Below are positions 46,011-61,314 of a DNA stretch of 64,000 bases, one piece after another (position 1 is the stretch's first letter; each line of letters starts with the position of its first letter). A program made the position numbers and the translations under genes. Source of the stretch: the human T2T-CHM13v2.0 reference genome, Homo sapiens; the NCBI GenBank assembly GCA_009914755.4, contig CP068257.2:18912001-18976000 (forward strand). Direction: 5' to 3'. The notes beneath the pieces were generated by a model. That model was not told the DNA's origin. It searched no databases and saw only the letters and a program-made list of their open reading frames with translations.

Positions 46011-49000
46011 CCCGAATTTCTTCTGCTGTTAAGACATAGCATGAAGGTCAGAATGATCTTCTTGCACCTGCTGTTTTTCATGTGCTTTTAATTTACTGTT
46101 TATGCCAGGGTGGTACATTTTTAACTCCTTCAAAAGCCAGTCCCCTTAAGCAGAGCTTTTCCTGGAGACTCTCACTGCCTCTACAGTGTACGGAATTTTT
46201 AGAAGTACATTAAAATAATGCTAAGTACTTTCTTATTATGCAGAAGCAAATTGAATTTAAAAACTAATCTCAGATGAGTGTTAGCCATGTGTTTTGTTTT
46301 GTTTTAGCCTACTTAGTGAGATGTTTTAAAATCTGTGCATTATTTGATCATTTTTTCTGCTTTTGCTGTTGCGTAGTGCATTTTTGAGGGATATTTAATA
46401 TTACCTGTTACTACTCACTAAATGTCAGTAGTACTATACCAATCATTGTGACTATCACAATGCTGTAGCAAATTTATAATGTATACACTTTTATAAGAAT
46501 GTGGCCATAGCATATATATATTCTATAATTAGAGTGTTTATGACCATAATATATCTTTGACAAAATTTAATCTCAGTTTGCGAAGATCTACCTCATTTTT
46601 AACTGCTATTTAGTTTCAATATTATGTATGTATTTTATTTTTCTATTCCAAAACTAATATTAGGTTGCCCTCTGTTAAAATTTTCCAGGTGGATTCGATT
46701 CCAAAGGCTCCTATTTAAAAACCTTTAAAAGTAATTTCTTTCAGATTAATTCATTATCACCATAGTTAGACCAAACAAAAATTATTTTAAAATATGTCAT
46801 GCCTTTTAGCTTAAATTTTACTTTTCACAAACATGATTTCTTTTGATTTTCCCAACCTACTAAGATTCTATTATCATATGTTGTAGAGGAAAAAATGAGG
46901 ATCAAAAGGGCTAAGCAATTTTGAAATGATTGAACAACATTAAGAGTCAGAGGGAAATTTAATAGCAGGTGGTTATGGCTCTTCTTTTCCACTCTAAGGC
47001 AGGGCCACTCTCCTATGTCTGATCTAACCACTTCACACTTCTACCAATAGTCTTGAATTCTGGTCTTTTAAAATATTTCTTCCTTCATCCAGCTTTCCTG
47101 AGTAGGATCTAGTGTGTAAATTGAAATGTCCCTTCCAAAGAAAGCCTATAAGCAATGAAATTGTTTAGAAATTGGGGAAATGTCTGTTACCTTGCCTACA
47201 AGATCCTATTCCATTTATCGATTGCAATTGCCTCGATCAAAGCTGAAGGGCACATGAAATTCACTATGAAGCCTGCAAACTGCAGAACTTGTGGCATTTA
47301 TTTCTTTAGTTTGTTTCAGTACAAAACCTTGAAATTTGCCCTTGTATTCTGAACAGATTTTTAACAAGCATTATTGCTATTGTGTGTTTAATATCAAAGA
47401 ATAAACAAAGACAATTCCCTTGAAAAAATTATGCTAATTGATTGAAAAGCATCAAAAACATTTACAATTCTTTTAATGAGTAGATAATTCTGCATTGATT
47501 TTTTTGAAACACAAGCATTTTCTGGCATAGAAATATGCCAGATCTCTATTGGTTATATTTTGCTTATATTTTTCTCTAAGTCAATATTATGAATGCTATG
47601 TTTCTATTGCTACACATACATTATTTTACCTCTAGTTGACAATGAAAAACAGCAGACTAGCCAATTATATAAAAGGATCATAAGAGAAAATATATTTTCA
47701 TTTTCTGGAAATTGTATTTCTCCCAAATCTCATCTTCATAGAGTCTACAAATTCATTTTCCTTAGATTAAAATTGCTTCCAGACAAAAAATCCAGAATGA
47801 TAATTGGAGTATTATCTTCCTAGTTGGAAGTCAAAAATAGATACTTTTTTTTCTTCTGTTTAGGTAATAATAGTTCTCATCCAAAATAGGAATCTGGCAA
47901 AGAAAATGAAGGAGGGAGAGAGAGTCGCATGGTTTGACTTTGATTTTTTTCCATGTAATAATCAGGAGATAATTCTGATCGCATGCATCATCTGGTGCGA
48001 GAATAACGCCCATTCAATTGAGCCTTTTCATCTCTAAAGGCCATTTTATCCTCAACTTTATAGTCACCTTTCTTGACTACAGTCGCAATAGTTAACTCTG
48101 TAAGTTTGAAGATATTATGGGAAGTTGAGGGATCTAAAGAGCATGTGAATAGGCTGACACTGTATCAGGGAAAATAAAACAAAACAAAAACAAAATAGCC
48201 TGTCATTTATGGAAGAACATTTTGGGCTCTTTAATGTGAGTTAAGAAGAACATATTTTACCTCTTATAATAGGATGTTATTAATGGTCGAAAATATGCTA
48301 CTAAAATAGAATCAAGCTGGAGAAACCCACCCCCAACTATAAGAAATGTGGCTTGGAAATATAAAAGGACTCACACTGAAGAATAGTCCTAAGAATGTTA
48401 GATATGTGGTAATGTCTTCAGTGGTTCCAGCTCTGTTTGATGACATAAAATAATCCATTCTGGAGAAAAACTTTATGAATTTTTGGGATGTGGGAATGCT
48501 TCATTTTCTCACATCCATTCAAAGACACATGATAATGCATATTAGAGATGGACCTTGAAAATATAAGAATGCACACCTAACTGAAACCCAAGTAGTATGG
48601 AAGTACTGAAAAGCTCTCCATTTCAACAATTATTTTAAAAGTCACATGAAAACTACTAGAATGAAATTCTACAAATGTAAGTAATATGGAAATCCTGAAA
48701 CAAATTAATTATTGTATAGTGCTTGAGAAAATTCAAAACATGAAAGAAATAGTATATGAGTTACACATATATTGTGTTTATCAGTGGTTCATTATGAAAG
48801 AGGGTCTCTGCGCTACAATTTTCACTGCTTTTGCAAGGGAACATTGAGGTGAGAATTGCTCAGATACTTCGTAATCAACAGTATGAGTTTAACGGGCAGT
48901 GGTTTTTTTTAAGCCAGTTAAAGTATTTTTCTATCCATTTTAAAGTGTGTTGAATCTTAGAGTGAACTAAAATGTATTCCTAATATATAGGTAGGTTTAA

Positions 49001-50172
49001 TTTTTATATAGTTGTTTAATTCTTCTGTGATTAATAGGCCATTGAAAAATGAGTATTTGATTATTGTTGAGATTTTTCTTATTCACCTTATCTGGAAGGT
49101 TCTGAATATCCTCACCCATTTTATATATTCCACCTTTTATTCATATGGGAAAAACTTCTCTTTTTTGGTGTAAAAATATTTATCTTATTTTCTTGCTAAT
49201 AAAGAGTTGGGGTTAATCTGTAAGGATGTAAAGTTTATTATGGAGTATAGTCTCATGTGAAATATTATTTTCATATATTGCCCTTTACTGTTTGTCATTA
49301 TTTCTGCTTGTTATTTGGATATTTCACTTGAATTAAAGAGAGCACTGTGATAGAACAATATATTGTGTCTAATCTGAGAGAGAAAACCTCCAGTCTCACC
49401 CTCAAGTATAATGTTAGATCTGGGTTTTTAATAACTGCCTTAATGAAGGTTGAAAAAAAGAAAATACTGTAACATGTTTATTCATTTAGATATTTAGAAA
49501 GTTATAAATATTTTATACATTCTTGAGATAATTCTTTAGAAAACAAGAAATTTCTTGTTGCATATAATGTGTATGCAACACATTAGATCAGTAATATAAC
49601 AAGCTATGTGGAAGAATAACAGCAGTAAAAGGCAATTATATATTAATACATTTAAACAATAAGAATTATCGATTACATTATTAAAAATCAAAGAAGATTG
49701 ATGACTGACAGGCCTGTTAATATGTGTTGCATGGTAATTGTTTGGGTGTCTGTGTGCATATGTGTACACATATACACAAATACATATATATGTATAGTTA
49801 TATATTATTTATAAAACCATCAAATCATCAATTTTAACATAAATTTACATCATAATGTTTTATATAATCTCTAATTATAACTTGCATATTCTTTTATCAA
49901 CTTATTTTCTATATAAAAATTTCTAAGGTCCTCAAGCTGCCATTATATTCCTCAGGACAAAGGGCGTTTTAGTCTTTACATTTTAAAGTAATTTATAATA
50001 ATGTGAGATGATGGATATGTTAATTTGCTTGATGCAGTAACCACTTTACTATTTATATGTAGCAAAACGTCATATTGTACATTTTAAATACATACAATAA
50101 AAATGAGTAGACTAATTTATGATTTATGTTATTACTTAGTCTTTAAAAATTTCATGAACAATTATTTGGTTA

Positions 50173-50591
<419 letters not shown>

Positions 50592-50994
50592 TAGATTTTA
50601 CAACAAATCTATTTCAAATTATGTAGTATTACTTACACGTTAAATGTATTGTGCATGGAAGTCAATGCTTTAAAGATTTTAAAATATTTTAAATATGATT
50701 GTTTTAGTTAAATAGAATTTGACTATGTTAAGTAATTTGTCCAAATGATTGTATATTTTGGATTAAAAATAAGTTTGCAACAAACTTTTATTTCAAAATA
50801 CTAACATCTGTGTTTATCTAAATCAAAAACGTGATAAAGTTCTATTTCAAAAAATAAAATAAAAATTTCAGAATACATAAAGTAGAAATTAAAAGAATTT
50901 CTTAATTTTAACTTTCTGTATACTTGCTATTAGTTTATAATATATAGACTATCTTAAGTTAAACATTGGCATTTGTAATAACAGGTGCTGTACA

Positions 50995-51060
50995 TATGTG
51001 TGTGTGTGTGTGTGTGTGTACATATGTCTCTGTGTCTCTGTGTATATGTATGTGTGTGTG
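50995..51060. repeat. (TG)n microsatellite, compound
   Basis: atatgtgtgtgtgtgtgtgtgtgtgtacatatgtctctgtgtctctgtgtatatgtatgtgtgtgtg. Confidence 0.9.
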
Positions 51061-51082
51061 TTAGAATTAAAAAAGGAATCAA

Positions 51083-51202
51083 GAAGCTGAGGTGGGAGAG
51101 TAGCTTGAGCCCAGGAGTTTGAGGCTACAGTTACATGCTCACACTCCTGCACTCCAGCCTGGGCAACAGAGTGAGACCAAGTCTCAAAAAAATAAAAATA
51201 GA
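51083..51202 (+). mobile_element. 5'-truncated Alu (right-arm ~120 bp) with TSD
   Basis: aagaagctgaggtgggagagtagcttgagcccaggagtttgaggctacagt...cactcctgcactccagcctgggcaacagagtgagaccaagtctcaaaaaaataaaaatag. TSD aaaaaggaatca at 51070-51081 and 51203-51214. Confidence 0.8.
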
Positions 51203-52475
51203 AAAAGGAATCATTGCATGTGAGAATACATGAAACTCTTTTTGTGTTCATTAGCTACAGAATGTTTTATTGTTTGTAGTCCCATAAAGTGAAATAAGTT
51301 AATTAGTCTGCAAAAACTCTACAGTATTAACAAAAAATACATAATTTAAAAACAAATGGACAAAGAGAAAATGTGTAAGGGCCAGTAAAGCAGAGCATAG
51401 TTGTTAAAGGACTTGTTAACATATTATAATAGGCTGTTAGATAAACTACAGCAAACATTCTTTTGAAGTCACTACTATGCTCAAAATCATTAAAAGAGCA
51501 TCCTATGGGCCTTAGAAAAAAACAATATGTAAAAAGCTGAGACTGATCAGGCTGCTCCCAGAACATATAAACTTATCATTCATAGGGTGTGGAGAGAAAA
51601 TGTTAATGCCAGAGTGAAACAAAGGCAGTGAGTCCATGAAATATTCCAAAGCTCCAAAATGGAGCTAAACCTGAAAGGACTTCTTTAAGTCAAGATCCAA
51701 TAAGAGGGAATGCTCAATTGCTTATATGACATTGACGTTATTTCTTTCTCACATGGCAGTCCATAGGTGATTGCTCCAATATTGGTAGAGTTTCTCCTCT
51801 GTGGAATTATCCAGGACCATAAAATGGCAGATTGGTGTTAGTCATACTAAGCTTATGGCTTCCATCACTAGGTCTACAGTTTAATATTATAGAAGCCATT
51901 TCTGTCCATATGATCGGTAAAGACGGCAAAAAAGGTTATCAGTTGACATGTACTTTTGAATAAATTCAGGGTATTTGAATTGGCAATATGTACGAATATT
52001 TGACACATGCATACATCTTTGGTACAATGATTCTACTTCTAAGAATTTTATTTATAGAGGAATTATATAGATGTGTACAAATATGTGAACAGTAATGTAG
52101 CATAGCATTGATTATATGATTAAACTATGTAATCTCTATTTTTTAAAAAATTTATGTGTTACTGGTGATTTAAAGTAGCCTTGTTTTTCAGACCTTAGTT
52201 AATAAACATAAAAGAATAAGGAGAGATTTCTGAAATGTAATTTTAAGAAGAAAATATTTTTAAATGTTTAAAAGTGGAAGAATTTATTTTATCTTCCTTT
52301 CCGGATGTTAAAAAGCCAGAATCCCCCAAATTAAATGCATAATATTGCATATTATATATTTATGTAATTTGATTGTATTTGCATATATATACACATATGT
52401 GTATAAATATATATATATACACATATGTATATAACTAAATGAAATTACTAGAAATATGAACTAATGAAAATAATA

Positions 52476-52715
52476 GATAGTGTTAGAGAAAGGACATGGG
52501 CTTGGAGAAACATTTATCTCAATTTGAATCCCACCTCTACTATCTGTGAGATTTTCAACAAATTATTGATTTTCCCTCATTTTCAATTTCATTACTTGAA
52601 GAATCAGTCCAACGAAGACTTTATTTGTGTAACCATGGATACTAGATGAGGCAGTGTTTGTAAAGTACTCAGTACAATGCTAAGAAGTAAGTGCTCAACA
52701 ATGTTAGTTTTATTG
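52476..52715 (+). mobile_element. MIR SINE, near full-length
   Basis: ...ggacatgggcttggagaaacatttatctcaatttgaatcccacctctactatctgtgagatt...gtaaagtactcagtacaatgctaagaagtaagtgctcaacaatgttag tracks the MIR consensus (..gggctctggagccagactgcctgggttcgaatcccggctctgccacttactagctgtgtgac...gtaaagcgcttagaacagtgcctggcacatagtaagcgctcaataaatgttag). Confidence 0.65.
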
Positions 52716-53820
52716 CTGTTTTTGTTGTTTTCATTATTGTTACTGACATACATATTTATTAAAGCTATCTCTGAAATCATCTGTGTCAATAATTGTACAC
52801 ATACCGTTTTTAAAGAGGTTAACCAGGCTCTGCTACAATATTTCCAGGGACAGGGACAACATTATATTTTAAGAGATCCCACAACCTGTAAGTATTATAA
52901 TTGTACATAACTGTTGCTATACAAAATATACCCCAGTATATGTTAGTAAAATGTATAACTTTAATATTTTAAATATATATCCAAAATTCTTGTGTTTTCC
53001 TAAAAATATATGAGTAAGTAATTCATACATTTAAGGTATTTTATTATTTAGAATAAAATCAAAAGTAACTATAAAGGATAACTAGCATATAATCAATTAG
53101 ATGAGACAAAATGCAGTTATGGATTTCCTTTGAAAGCCAATTTTTTTTAAAAAAAACATATATTGAAGATGGAAGGCTTATACCTTGCAAAACAAGGCTT
53201 ATATCTTAAGCCATTCTTGAAAAATAATGTTTAATATTTAGGAAAATGGCAGACTTGTACCCTTCCATATTTCTATTATAATAGACTTATTTTGAAAATT
53301 AGATTTTGCTTATTAGCATGTTAAATTTCATTTTGCTGGGAGAGGGAGATTAATGAGCTTAAAGCAATAATTGCCTAGGCACCTGTAAGAAAGCACTCAT
53401 ATAGAGGAAGCCTTTGATTTTAGTTTTCTTAAATACAGATCTCTTAGATTGCTTTCTTTTTGCACATAGCTAGAATGTAATTAAAATAGATAATTAGAGA
53501 AAGTAATTACTGAGTACTTCTTTCATCCTTGTGCATTCATTAAGGATTATATATAAATCTAAATTAGCCCGAAATGTACAGTAGTTGACAGTTTGAAAAC
53601 TATCTTGAAGTATAACATTAAGAACAGTCATTTTTTCTCATAAATGTGTGTGTTTAACTTGGAACCATGCACAGTTCTATTAATTTGTATAACTGGGGTT
53701 TTAAAATGATGCAAAGTAGTGAATGATGGACTAGCAGAAAAATCTAAATTTCTATTTTATATTTATTTTAAATAAAAAGAAAGAGATTTATTTTCCTTAT
53801 TCTATTTTACTTGTTTATAA

Positions 53821-54172
<352 letters not shown>

Positions 54173-55550
54173 GGCTGAGTCATTATTATTTTTATTATTT
54201 CTATAAGATAAACTCTATGCAAATTGATAGCTTTTCCAACTTAATTGTCCTGTTCAGAATATGAGCTAAGGTCAATTTTTCTTATTATTAAAAACAAAGC
54301 ACCAAACAATGTGAATTGTTACTGCATTATAGTCATTGGTGTCTCCTACTGGAAGTAAACTCCAAATATGTTAATTGTATAGAATTCCAACCCAAATAAA
54401 GAATCATAGAAGAATCCCTAGTGTTACTAGATATTAACATTTGCAATCTTGAGTAAATTAGATTATGATGTGAATTGAATGAATTTACAGGCAAACCTTG
54501 TTATATTGCACTTCCTTTTACTGCACTTTGCAGATACAGTCTTTTTTTAACAAATTGAAGATTTGTGGCAACCCTGCATCCAGCAAGTCTATTAGCAACA
54601 TTTTTTCAACAGCATATGCTCACATCATGTGTCTGTGTCACAATTTGGTAATTCTCACAATATTTCAAACTTAATATTGATTATTATTAAATCTATTTTG
54701 GTGATCTGTGACCAGTGATCTTTGATGTTGCTATTATAATCGTTTTGGGGAATCCCAAACCAAACTTATAAAAGACAGCAAACTTAATTGATAGCGGGAG
54801 TGTGCGTTCTGACTGCTCTACTGACCACCGTTTCGCTTGTCTTCTCACCTTCTCTTAGGGTCTCTCTGTTCCTTGAGACAAAACAATATTGAAATTTGGC
54901 CAATTAATAACCATACTGGGGCCTCTAAGTGTCCAAGTGAAAGGAAAAGCTGCATATCTCACCTTTTAAATCAAAAGCTAGAAATGATTAAGTTTAGGTA
55001 GGAAGACATGTCAAAAACCAAGAAAGGCCCAAATTAGGCCTCTCGCACCAGTTAGCCAAGTTAGAAAAGCAAAGAAAAAGTTCTTAAAGGAAATTAAAAA
55101 GTACTACTTCCGTGAATACATAAAGAATAAGCAAAACAGCTTTATTGCTGATATAAAGAAAGTTCAAGTGATCTGGGTAGATGATCAAACCACAATATTC
55201 CCTTCAGACAAAACCTAATTGAGGGCCAGTATTAACTCTATTGAATTCTAGGAAAGTCAAGAAAGGTAAGGAAGCTACAAAAGAAAATTTGAAGCTAAGA
55301 GAAATTAGTTCATGAGGTTTAAGGAAAGAAGCTGTTTTTATAACATAAATGTTCAAGATGTAATAGCAAGTGCTGATGTAGAAGTTGCAGCCAGTTTTCC
55401 ACAAGATCTAGCTAAGAAAATCAATGAGGGGGGCTACACTAAACAACAGATTTTCAATGTACATAAAGCAGCTTTCTATTAGAAGAATAGACCACCTAGG
55501 AGTTTTAGAGCTAGAGAGGAATCAATGCCTGACTTCAAAGCTTCAAAAAA

Positions 55551-58500
55551 TAGGCGGCAAGATGGTGGAATAGTAAGCCACCAAGGGCTACAGCTCTCTG
55601 TGACTCCAAGTGAAGTTGAAAAGCATTCTAGGCCATAAGAACTGCAACTCTTAGGTGAGTCCTACGGCTGAACTAGGCCCAGAGAAGGGTAACTAGGGAG
55701 TCACATGACGTACTGAGATAGAAGCTGGGGTAGCCAAAGGAGTTCCGGCAAGGGAGTTCCCCTAACCTCAGGCTGCACACCTCAGAGCTCCAAAAGCGAC
55801 TCTTCCCTTCTGCATGAGGGGAGCAAAGGGAAGAGCAGATAGGACTTTGTTTTGCATTTTGGATACCAGTTCAGCCACAGAAGAACTCTGGACACCAGCC
55901 AGAGTTGTGAGGTCCCTGTTCCAAGCCCTAGCTCCCAGATGACATTTCTAGACATACCCTGGGCCAAAGAGAATCTGCTGCCTTGAAGAAAAGAACCCAG
56001 TCCTGGCACCATTCATCACTTGCTAGTTAAAGAGTCCTTGGACCCTGAATAACCAGCAGTGATACCCAAGTCCTACATCAAGGGCCTTTGTGAGCCTCTG
56101 AAACTTGCTGGCTTAAGGTGAGACTCAGCATTCTACCATCTGTGGTGGCTACAGGGCAAAACTCCTTCGGCTTGAGAAAAGCAGAGCAAAAATTAAAGGG
56201 GACTTTATCTTTCACCTTTAGGTATCAGCATGCCCACAGCAGGGTGGAGCACCAAGCAGCGTGTTGGAATCCCTGATTCTAGGACTAAAGTCTTAGATGG
56301 CATTTCTGGACCTGCCCTGGGCCAGACGGGAGCCCACTTCCCAGAAGGTGAGTCCCAGGCCAGGCAGCATTCAGGACAAGCTAACTTAAGAGACCTTGGG
56401 CCTTAAGGAAATATTGGCAGTATTCTGGAAGTACTCTTTGTGACCTGGGGTGGTGGTGACTCTGGGGTGAGGCTCCCCTGCCATTGGAAAAAAACAGGGA
56501 AGAGTGGGAAGGACTGCATCTTGTGGTTGGAGTACCAGCTCAGCTGCAATACAATAGAATACCAGGTAGACTTCTACAATTTTTGACTCTAGTCCCTGAC
56601 TACTGGACTGTACTTCTGGACTCACCCAGGACCTGGTGGACCTCGCCATCCTGAAGGGAATGACACGAGCCTTGCTGCCTTTAATATCTACTGATAGTCG
56701 AGTCTCAGGGCCTTGAGCTAACATAGGTGGTGGCCTGGGAGTGGTTACAGCAGGCCTTGGGCAAGACTTAGTGCTGTGTTGGCTTCAGATCAGACTCAGC
56801 ACAGTTATAGTGATGGTGGCCACAGGGGTGCTTGTGTCACTCCATCCCCAGCTTTAGGTAACTCAGAACAGTGAGAGAGAGAGAGAGAGAGAGATTCTGT
56901 GTGTTTGGGAGGTTGTAAGGGAAGAGAACAATAGTCTTTGCCTGATAATCCAGAGAATTCTCCCAGATCTTGTCCAAGACCTTCTAAGGTGGTATGGTAC
57001 CTCTACAAGTCTGCAAGAACCACAGTATTACTGGGCTTTGGGTACCCTCTAAAGCAGATGGAGTTTAGATCACAACACCCAAGTCATTTCAAATACCCAG
57101 AGAGACTTCCCAAGAAGGACAGCTACAGATAAGCCTGGACATTGATGACTACAATAAATACCCAACTCTTCAATGCCCAGACACCAAAGAACATCTACCA
57201 GCAATGACACCATCCAGGAAAACATGGCCTCAACAAATGAACTAAATAAGGCATTAGGGACCAATCCTTGAGAAACAGAAATAAGTGACATTTCCCATAG
57301 ATAATTCAAAATAGCTGTTTTGAGGAAACTCAAAGAAATGTATGATAATACAGGAAAGGAATTCAGAATCCTATCAGATAATTTTAATAAACAGATTGAA
57401 ATAATTAAATATAATCAAGCAGAAATTCTAAAGCTGAAAAATGCAATTTGCATACTAGAAAAAGAATTAGAGTCCTTGAATAGAAGAATTGATCAAGCAA
57501 AAGAAAGAATTAGTGAACTTGAAGATAGGTTATTTGAAAATACACAGTCGAAGAGACCAAAAGAAAAAGAATAAAAAGCAATGAAGCATGACTACAGCAT
57601 GTAGAAAATAGCTTCAAAAGGGCAGATCTGCAACTTATTGGCCTTAAAGAGGAGGTAGAGAAAGAGATAGGAGTAGAAAGTTCATTCAAAGGGATAATAA
57701 CAGAGAACTTCCCAAATCTAGAGTAAGATATCAATATCAAAGTACAAGAACACTATAGAATACCAAGCAGATTTAGCTTGAAAAAGCATACCTCCAGGCA
57801 CTTAATAATCAAACTCCGAATGTTCAAAGATAAAGAAAGGATCCTAAAAGCAGCAAGAGAAAAGAAACAAACAATATTTAATGGAGCTCCAACATATCTG
57901 GTGGTTGACTTGTCAGTGGAAACTTTACAGGTCAGGAGAGAGTGGTATAACATGTATAAAGTGCTGAAGAAAAATAACATTTATTAGAAGAGTATATCTG
58001 GTGAAAATATATTTCAAACATGAAGAAGAAATAAAGACTTCCCCAGACAGGTAAAAGCTGAGGGATTTCATTAATACCAGACCTTTTCAACAAGAAATGT
58101 TGAAAGAAAGAAAAGAACATTAGTGAGCAATAAATAATCACCTGAAGGTACAAAACTCACAATAATAGTAAGGTAGAAAACTCACTGGAAATAGAATATT
58201 ATAACACCGTAACTGTGGTGTGCAAACTACCCTTATTCTAAGTAGAAAGACTAAAGGATGAACCAATCTAAAATAATAACTACAACAACTTTGCAAAACA
58301 CATTCAGTACAAACAATATAAATAGAAACAACAAAAAGTTAAAAAGTGGGGGGATGAAGTTAAGGTATATTATTTTTATTAGTTTTCTTTTTTCTTATTT
58401 GTTTATGCAAATGATGCTGTTATCAGGTTAAAATAATTTGTTATAATATAGTATTTGCAAGACTCCTAGTAACCTCAAACCAAAAAACATACAGTGGACA

Positions 58501-61314
58501 CACAAAAAATATTATATCACCAGAGAAAATCACCTTCACTAGAGAAAGATAGGAAGGAAATAAGGAAGAAAAAAAATAAAGAAAACAGAAAACAAATAAC
58601 AAAATGGCAGGGGTAAGTCCTTACTTAATGTAAAAATGTAAATGAACTAAACTCTTCAATCAAAAGAATAGACTGGATGAATGGATGAGATAAATAAGAC
58701 CCATTGATCTGTTGCCTACAAGAAGCACACTTCACCTATAAAAACACAAATAGAGTGAAAATAAAGAGATAGAAAAAGATATTTCATGCCAATGGAAACC
58801 AAAAAAGAGCAGGAGTCACTTTGCTTATATCAGTCAAAATAGACTTCAAAACAAAAACTATAAGAAGAGACAAAGAAATTCACTATATAATGATAAAGGA
58901 GTCAATCCAGCAAGAGGATGTAACAATCTTAAATATATATGCACTCAGCACTGGAGGACTCAGATATATAAAGGAAATATTATTAGAGCTAAAGAGATAG
59001 ATAGGCCCCAATACAATAATAACCAGATACTTCAACACCCCACTTTCAGCATTGGACAGATCTTCCAGACAGAAAATAAACAAAGAAACATCAGACTTAA
59101 TTGGCTCTATAGACCAAATGGATCTAATGGATATTTACAGAATAGTTTCACCTAATAGCTGCAGAATACACATTCTTTTCTTTAGCACATGGATTATTCT
59201 GAAGGATAGACCATATTTTAGGTCACAAAACAAGTCTAAAAACATTCCAAAAAATTGCAATCATATCAAGCGTCTTCTATGACCACAGTGGAATAAAACT
59301 AGAAATAAATAACATGAGGAATTTTGGAAACTATACAAATATATCAAAGTTAAACAACATCCTCCTGAATCACCAGTGGGAAAATGAAGCAATAAAGAAG
59401 AGATTTGAAAACATTTTTGAAACAAATGATAATGGAAACACAACTTACCATACCTATGGGATACAGAAAAAGCAGTACTAAGAGAGAAGTTTGTAGCTAT
59501 AAGTGCCCACATCAAAAAAGAGAAAAAAACTTCAAACGAACAATCTAATGGTGCATCTTAGAAATTAGAAAAGCAAGGACAAACCAAACTCAAAATTAGT
59601 AGAAAAAAATGCGTAGTAAAGATCAGAGCAGAAAAAAATGAAATTGAAATTAAAAAAAAAACAGTGAAAAAAAATTTGTTTTTTTGAAAAGTTAAACAAA
59701 ATTGACAAACTTCAGCCAGATTGAGAAAAAAAAGAGAGAAAATCCAAATAAACAAAATCAGAAATTTAAAAAGAGACATTAAACTGATATTGCAGAAATT
59801 CCAAAGATCATTAGTGGCTACTTTGAGCAACTATATGCCAATAACTTAAAAAATCTAGAAGAAGTGGACAAATTCCTAGACATATACAACCTGCCTAGAT
59901 TGAATCAGGAAGAAATTCAAAACCTGGTTAGACCAATAACAAGTAACAGGATCAAAGTTGTAATAAAAATGGACAAATGGGATAACATCAAGCTAAAAAA
60001 TCTTCTGTAAAGAAAAAGATAATCAACAGAGTGAAGAGACAACTCACAGAATGGGAGAAAATATTTACAAACTACCCACTTGACAAGAGATTAATAAGCA
60101 GAATATATAAGGAGCTCAAACAACTCTATGTGAAAAAATCTAATAATCCAATCAAAAGATGAGCAAAAAATATGTATAGACTTTTCTCAAAAGAAGACAA
60201 ACGAATGGCAACCAGGCATATGGAAACGTGTTCAACATCATTGATCATCATAGAAATGCAAAGTAAAACTATAATGAGATATCATCTCATCCCAATTAAA
60301 ATGATTTATATACAAAAGACAGGCAATAAAAAATGCTGGAGAGGGTATGGAGAAAAGGGAACCTTTGTACATTGATGGTGGGAATGTACATTAGTACAAC
60401 AACCATGGAGAACAGTTCAGAGGTTCTTATAAAACTTAAAATTAAGCTGTCATATGATCCAGTAATCTCACCACTGGACATATATCCGAAAGAATGGAAA
60501 TCAGCATATTTGAGAGATAGCTGCACTCCTATGTTTGTTGTAGCACTGTTTACAATAGCTAAGATCTGGAAGCAACCTAAGTGTCCATCAACAGACAAGT
60601 GGATAAAGAAAATGTGGTACATATACACGATGAAGTACTATTCAGTCATATAAAAGAATGAGATCCAGCCATTTTCAACAACATGGATGGAACTGGGCAT
60701 CATTATGTTAAGGTCATCCAAACTGGAAATTAAGAAGTCAAATTATCCTTGTTTGCTGATGATATGATCTTATATTTGGAAAAATCTAAAGACTTCCCAG
60801 GAAAACTGTTAGAACTGATCAACTGATTACAGATTTATTTCACAAACGTAATGATCTCCAGTTCCATCCATGTTGTTACAAATGACTGGATCTTACATGA
60901 TAAACATCACATGTTCTCACTTATTTGTGGGATTTAAAAATCAAAACAATTGAACTCATGGACACCAAGTAGAAGGATGGTTACCAGTGGCTGGGAAAGG
61001 TAATGGAGGGTTGGGGGGAGGTGGGCATGATTAATGAGTACAAAATCAGTTACAAAGAATGAATAAGACCTACTTTTAATAGCACAAGAGGGTGACTATA
61101 CTCAATAATCACTTAACTGTACATTTTAAAATAACTTGAATAGTGTAACTAGATTGTTTCTAACTCAAAGGATAAATCCTGGAAGGGATGGAAACCCCAC
61201 TTTCCATGATGTGTTTATGTCACATTGTATGCTTGTATCAAAACAACTCATGTACCCCATAAATATATACACCTACTATGTACTCAAAAACATTAAAATA
61301 AAAACTAATAAAAA
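55551..61314 (+). mobile_element. Full-length old L1 (L1PB/L1MA-like) nested in Tigger1: 5'UTR, ORF1, rearranged ORF2, 3'UTR, A-rich tail, 13-bp TSD
   Basis: Starts ggcggcaagatggtggaatagtaagc (analogous to the L1 5'UTR start). ORF1 remnants include MRKLKEMYDNTGKEFRILSDNFNKQIEIIKYNQAEILKLKNAICILEKELESLNRRIDQAKERISELEDRLFENTQSKRPKEKE and ..FKDKERILKAAREKKQTIFNGAPTYLVVDLSVETLQVRREW... ORF2 endonuclease region and ORF2 C-terminus are present (..KRMATRHMETCSTSLIIIEMQSKTIMRYHLIPIKM.., ..CPSTDKWIKKMWYIYTMKYYSVI). TSD aagcttcaaaaaa at about 55538-55550 and 61315-61327. Confidence 0.88.

Noticed and set aside
55551-57300. GC-richer ~1.7-kb segment with several ORFs (for example 56386-56724) that might be taken for a CpG-island promoter or gene start.
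   Set aside because: The sequence begins ggcggcaagatggtggaatag..., the hallmark of an L1 5'UTR, and is followed directly by ORF1. It is the L1 internal promoter region.
57320-57987. ORFs with coiled-coil-like and basic sequences (MRKLKEMYDNTGKEFRILSDNF...; MKKHTSRHLIIKLRMFKDKERILKAAREKKQTIF...).
   Set aside because: These are recognisable L1 ORF1 remnants inside a frameshifted L1, not host genes.
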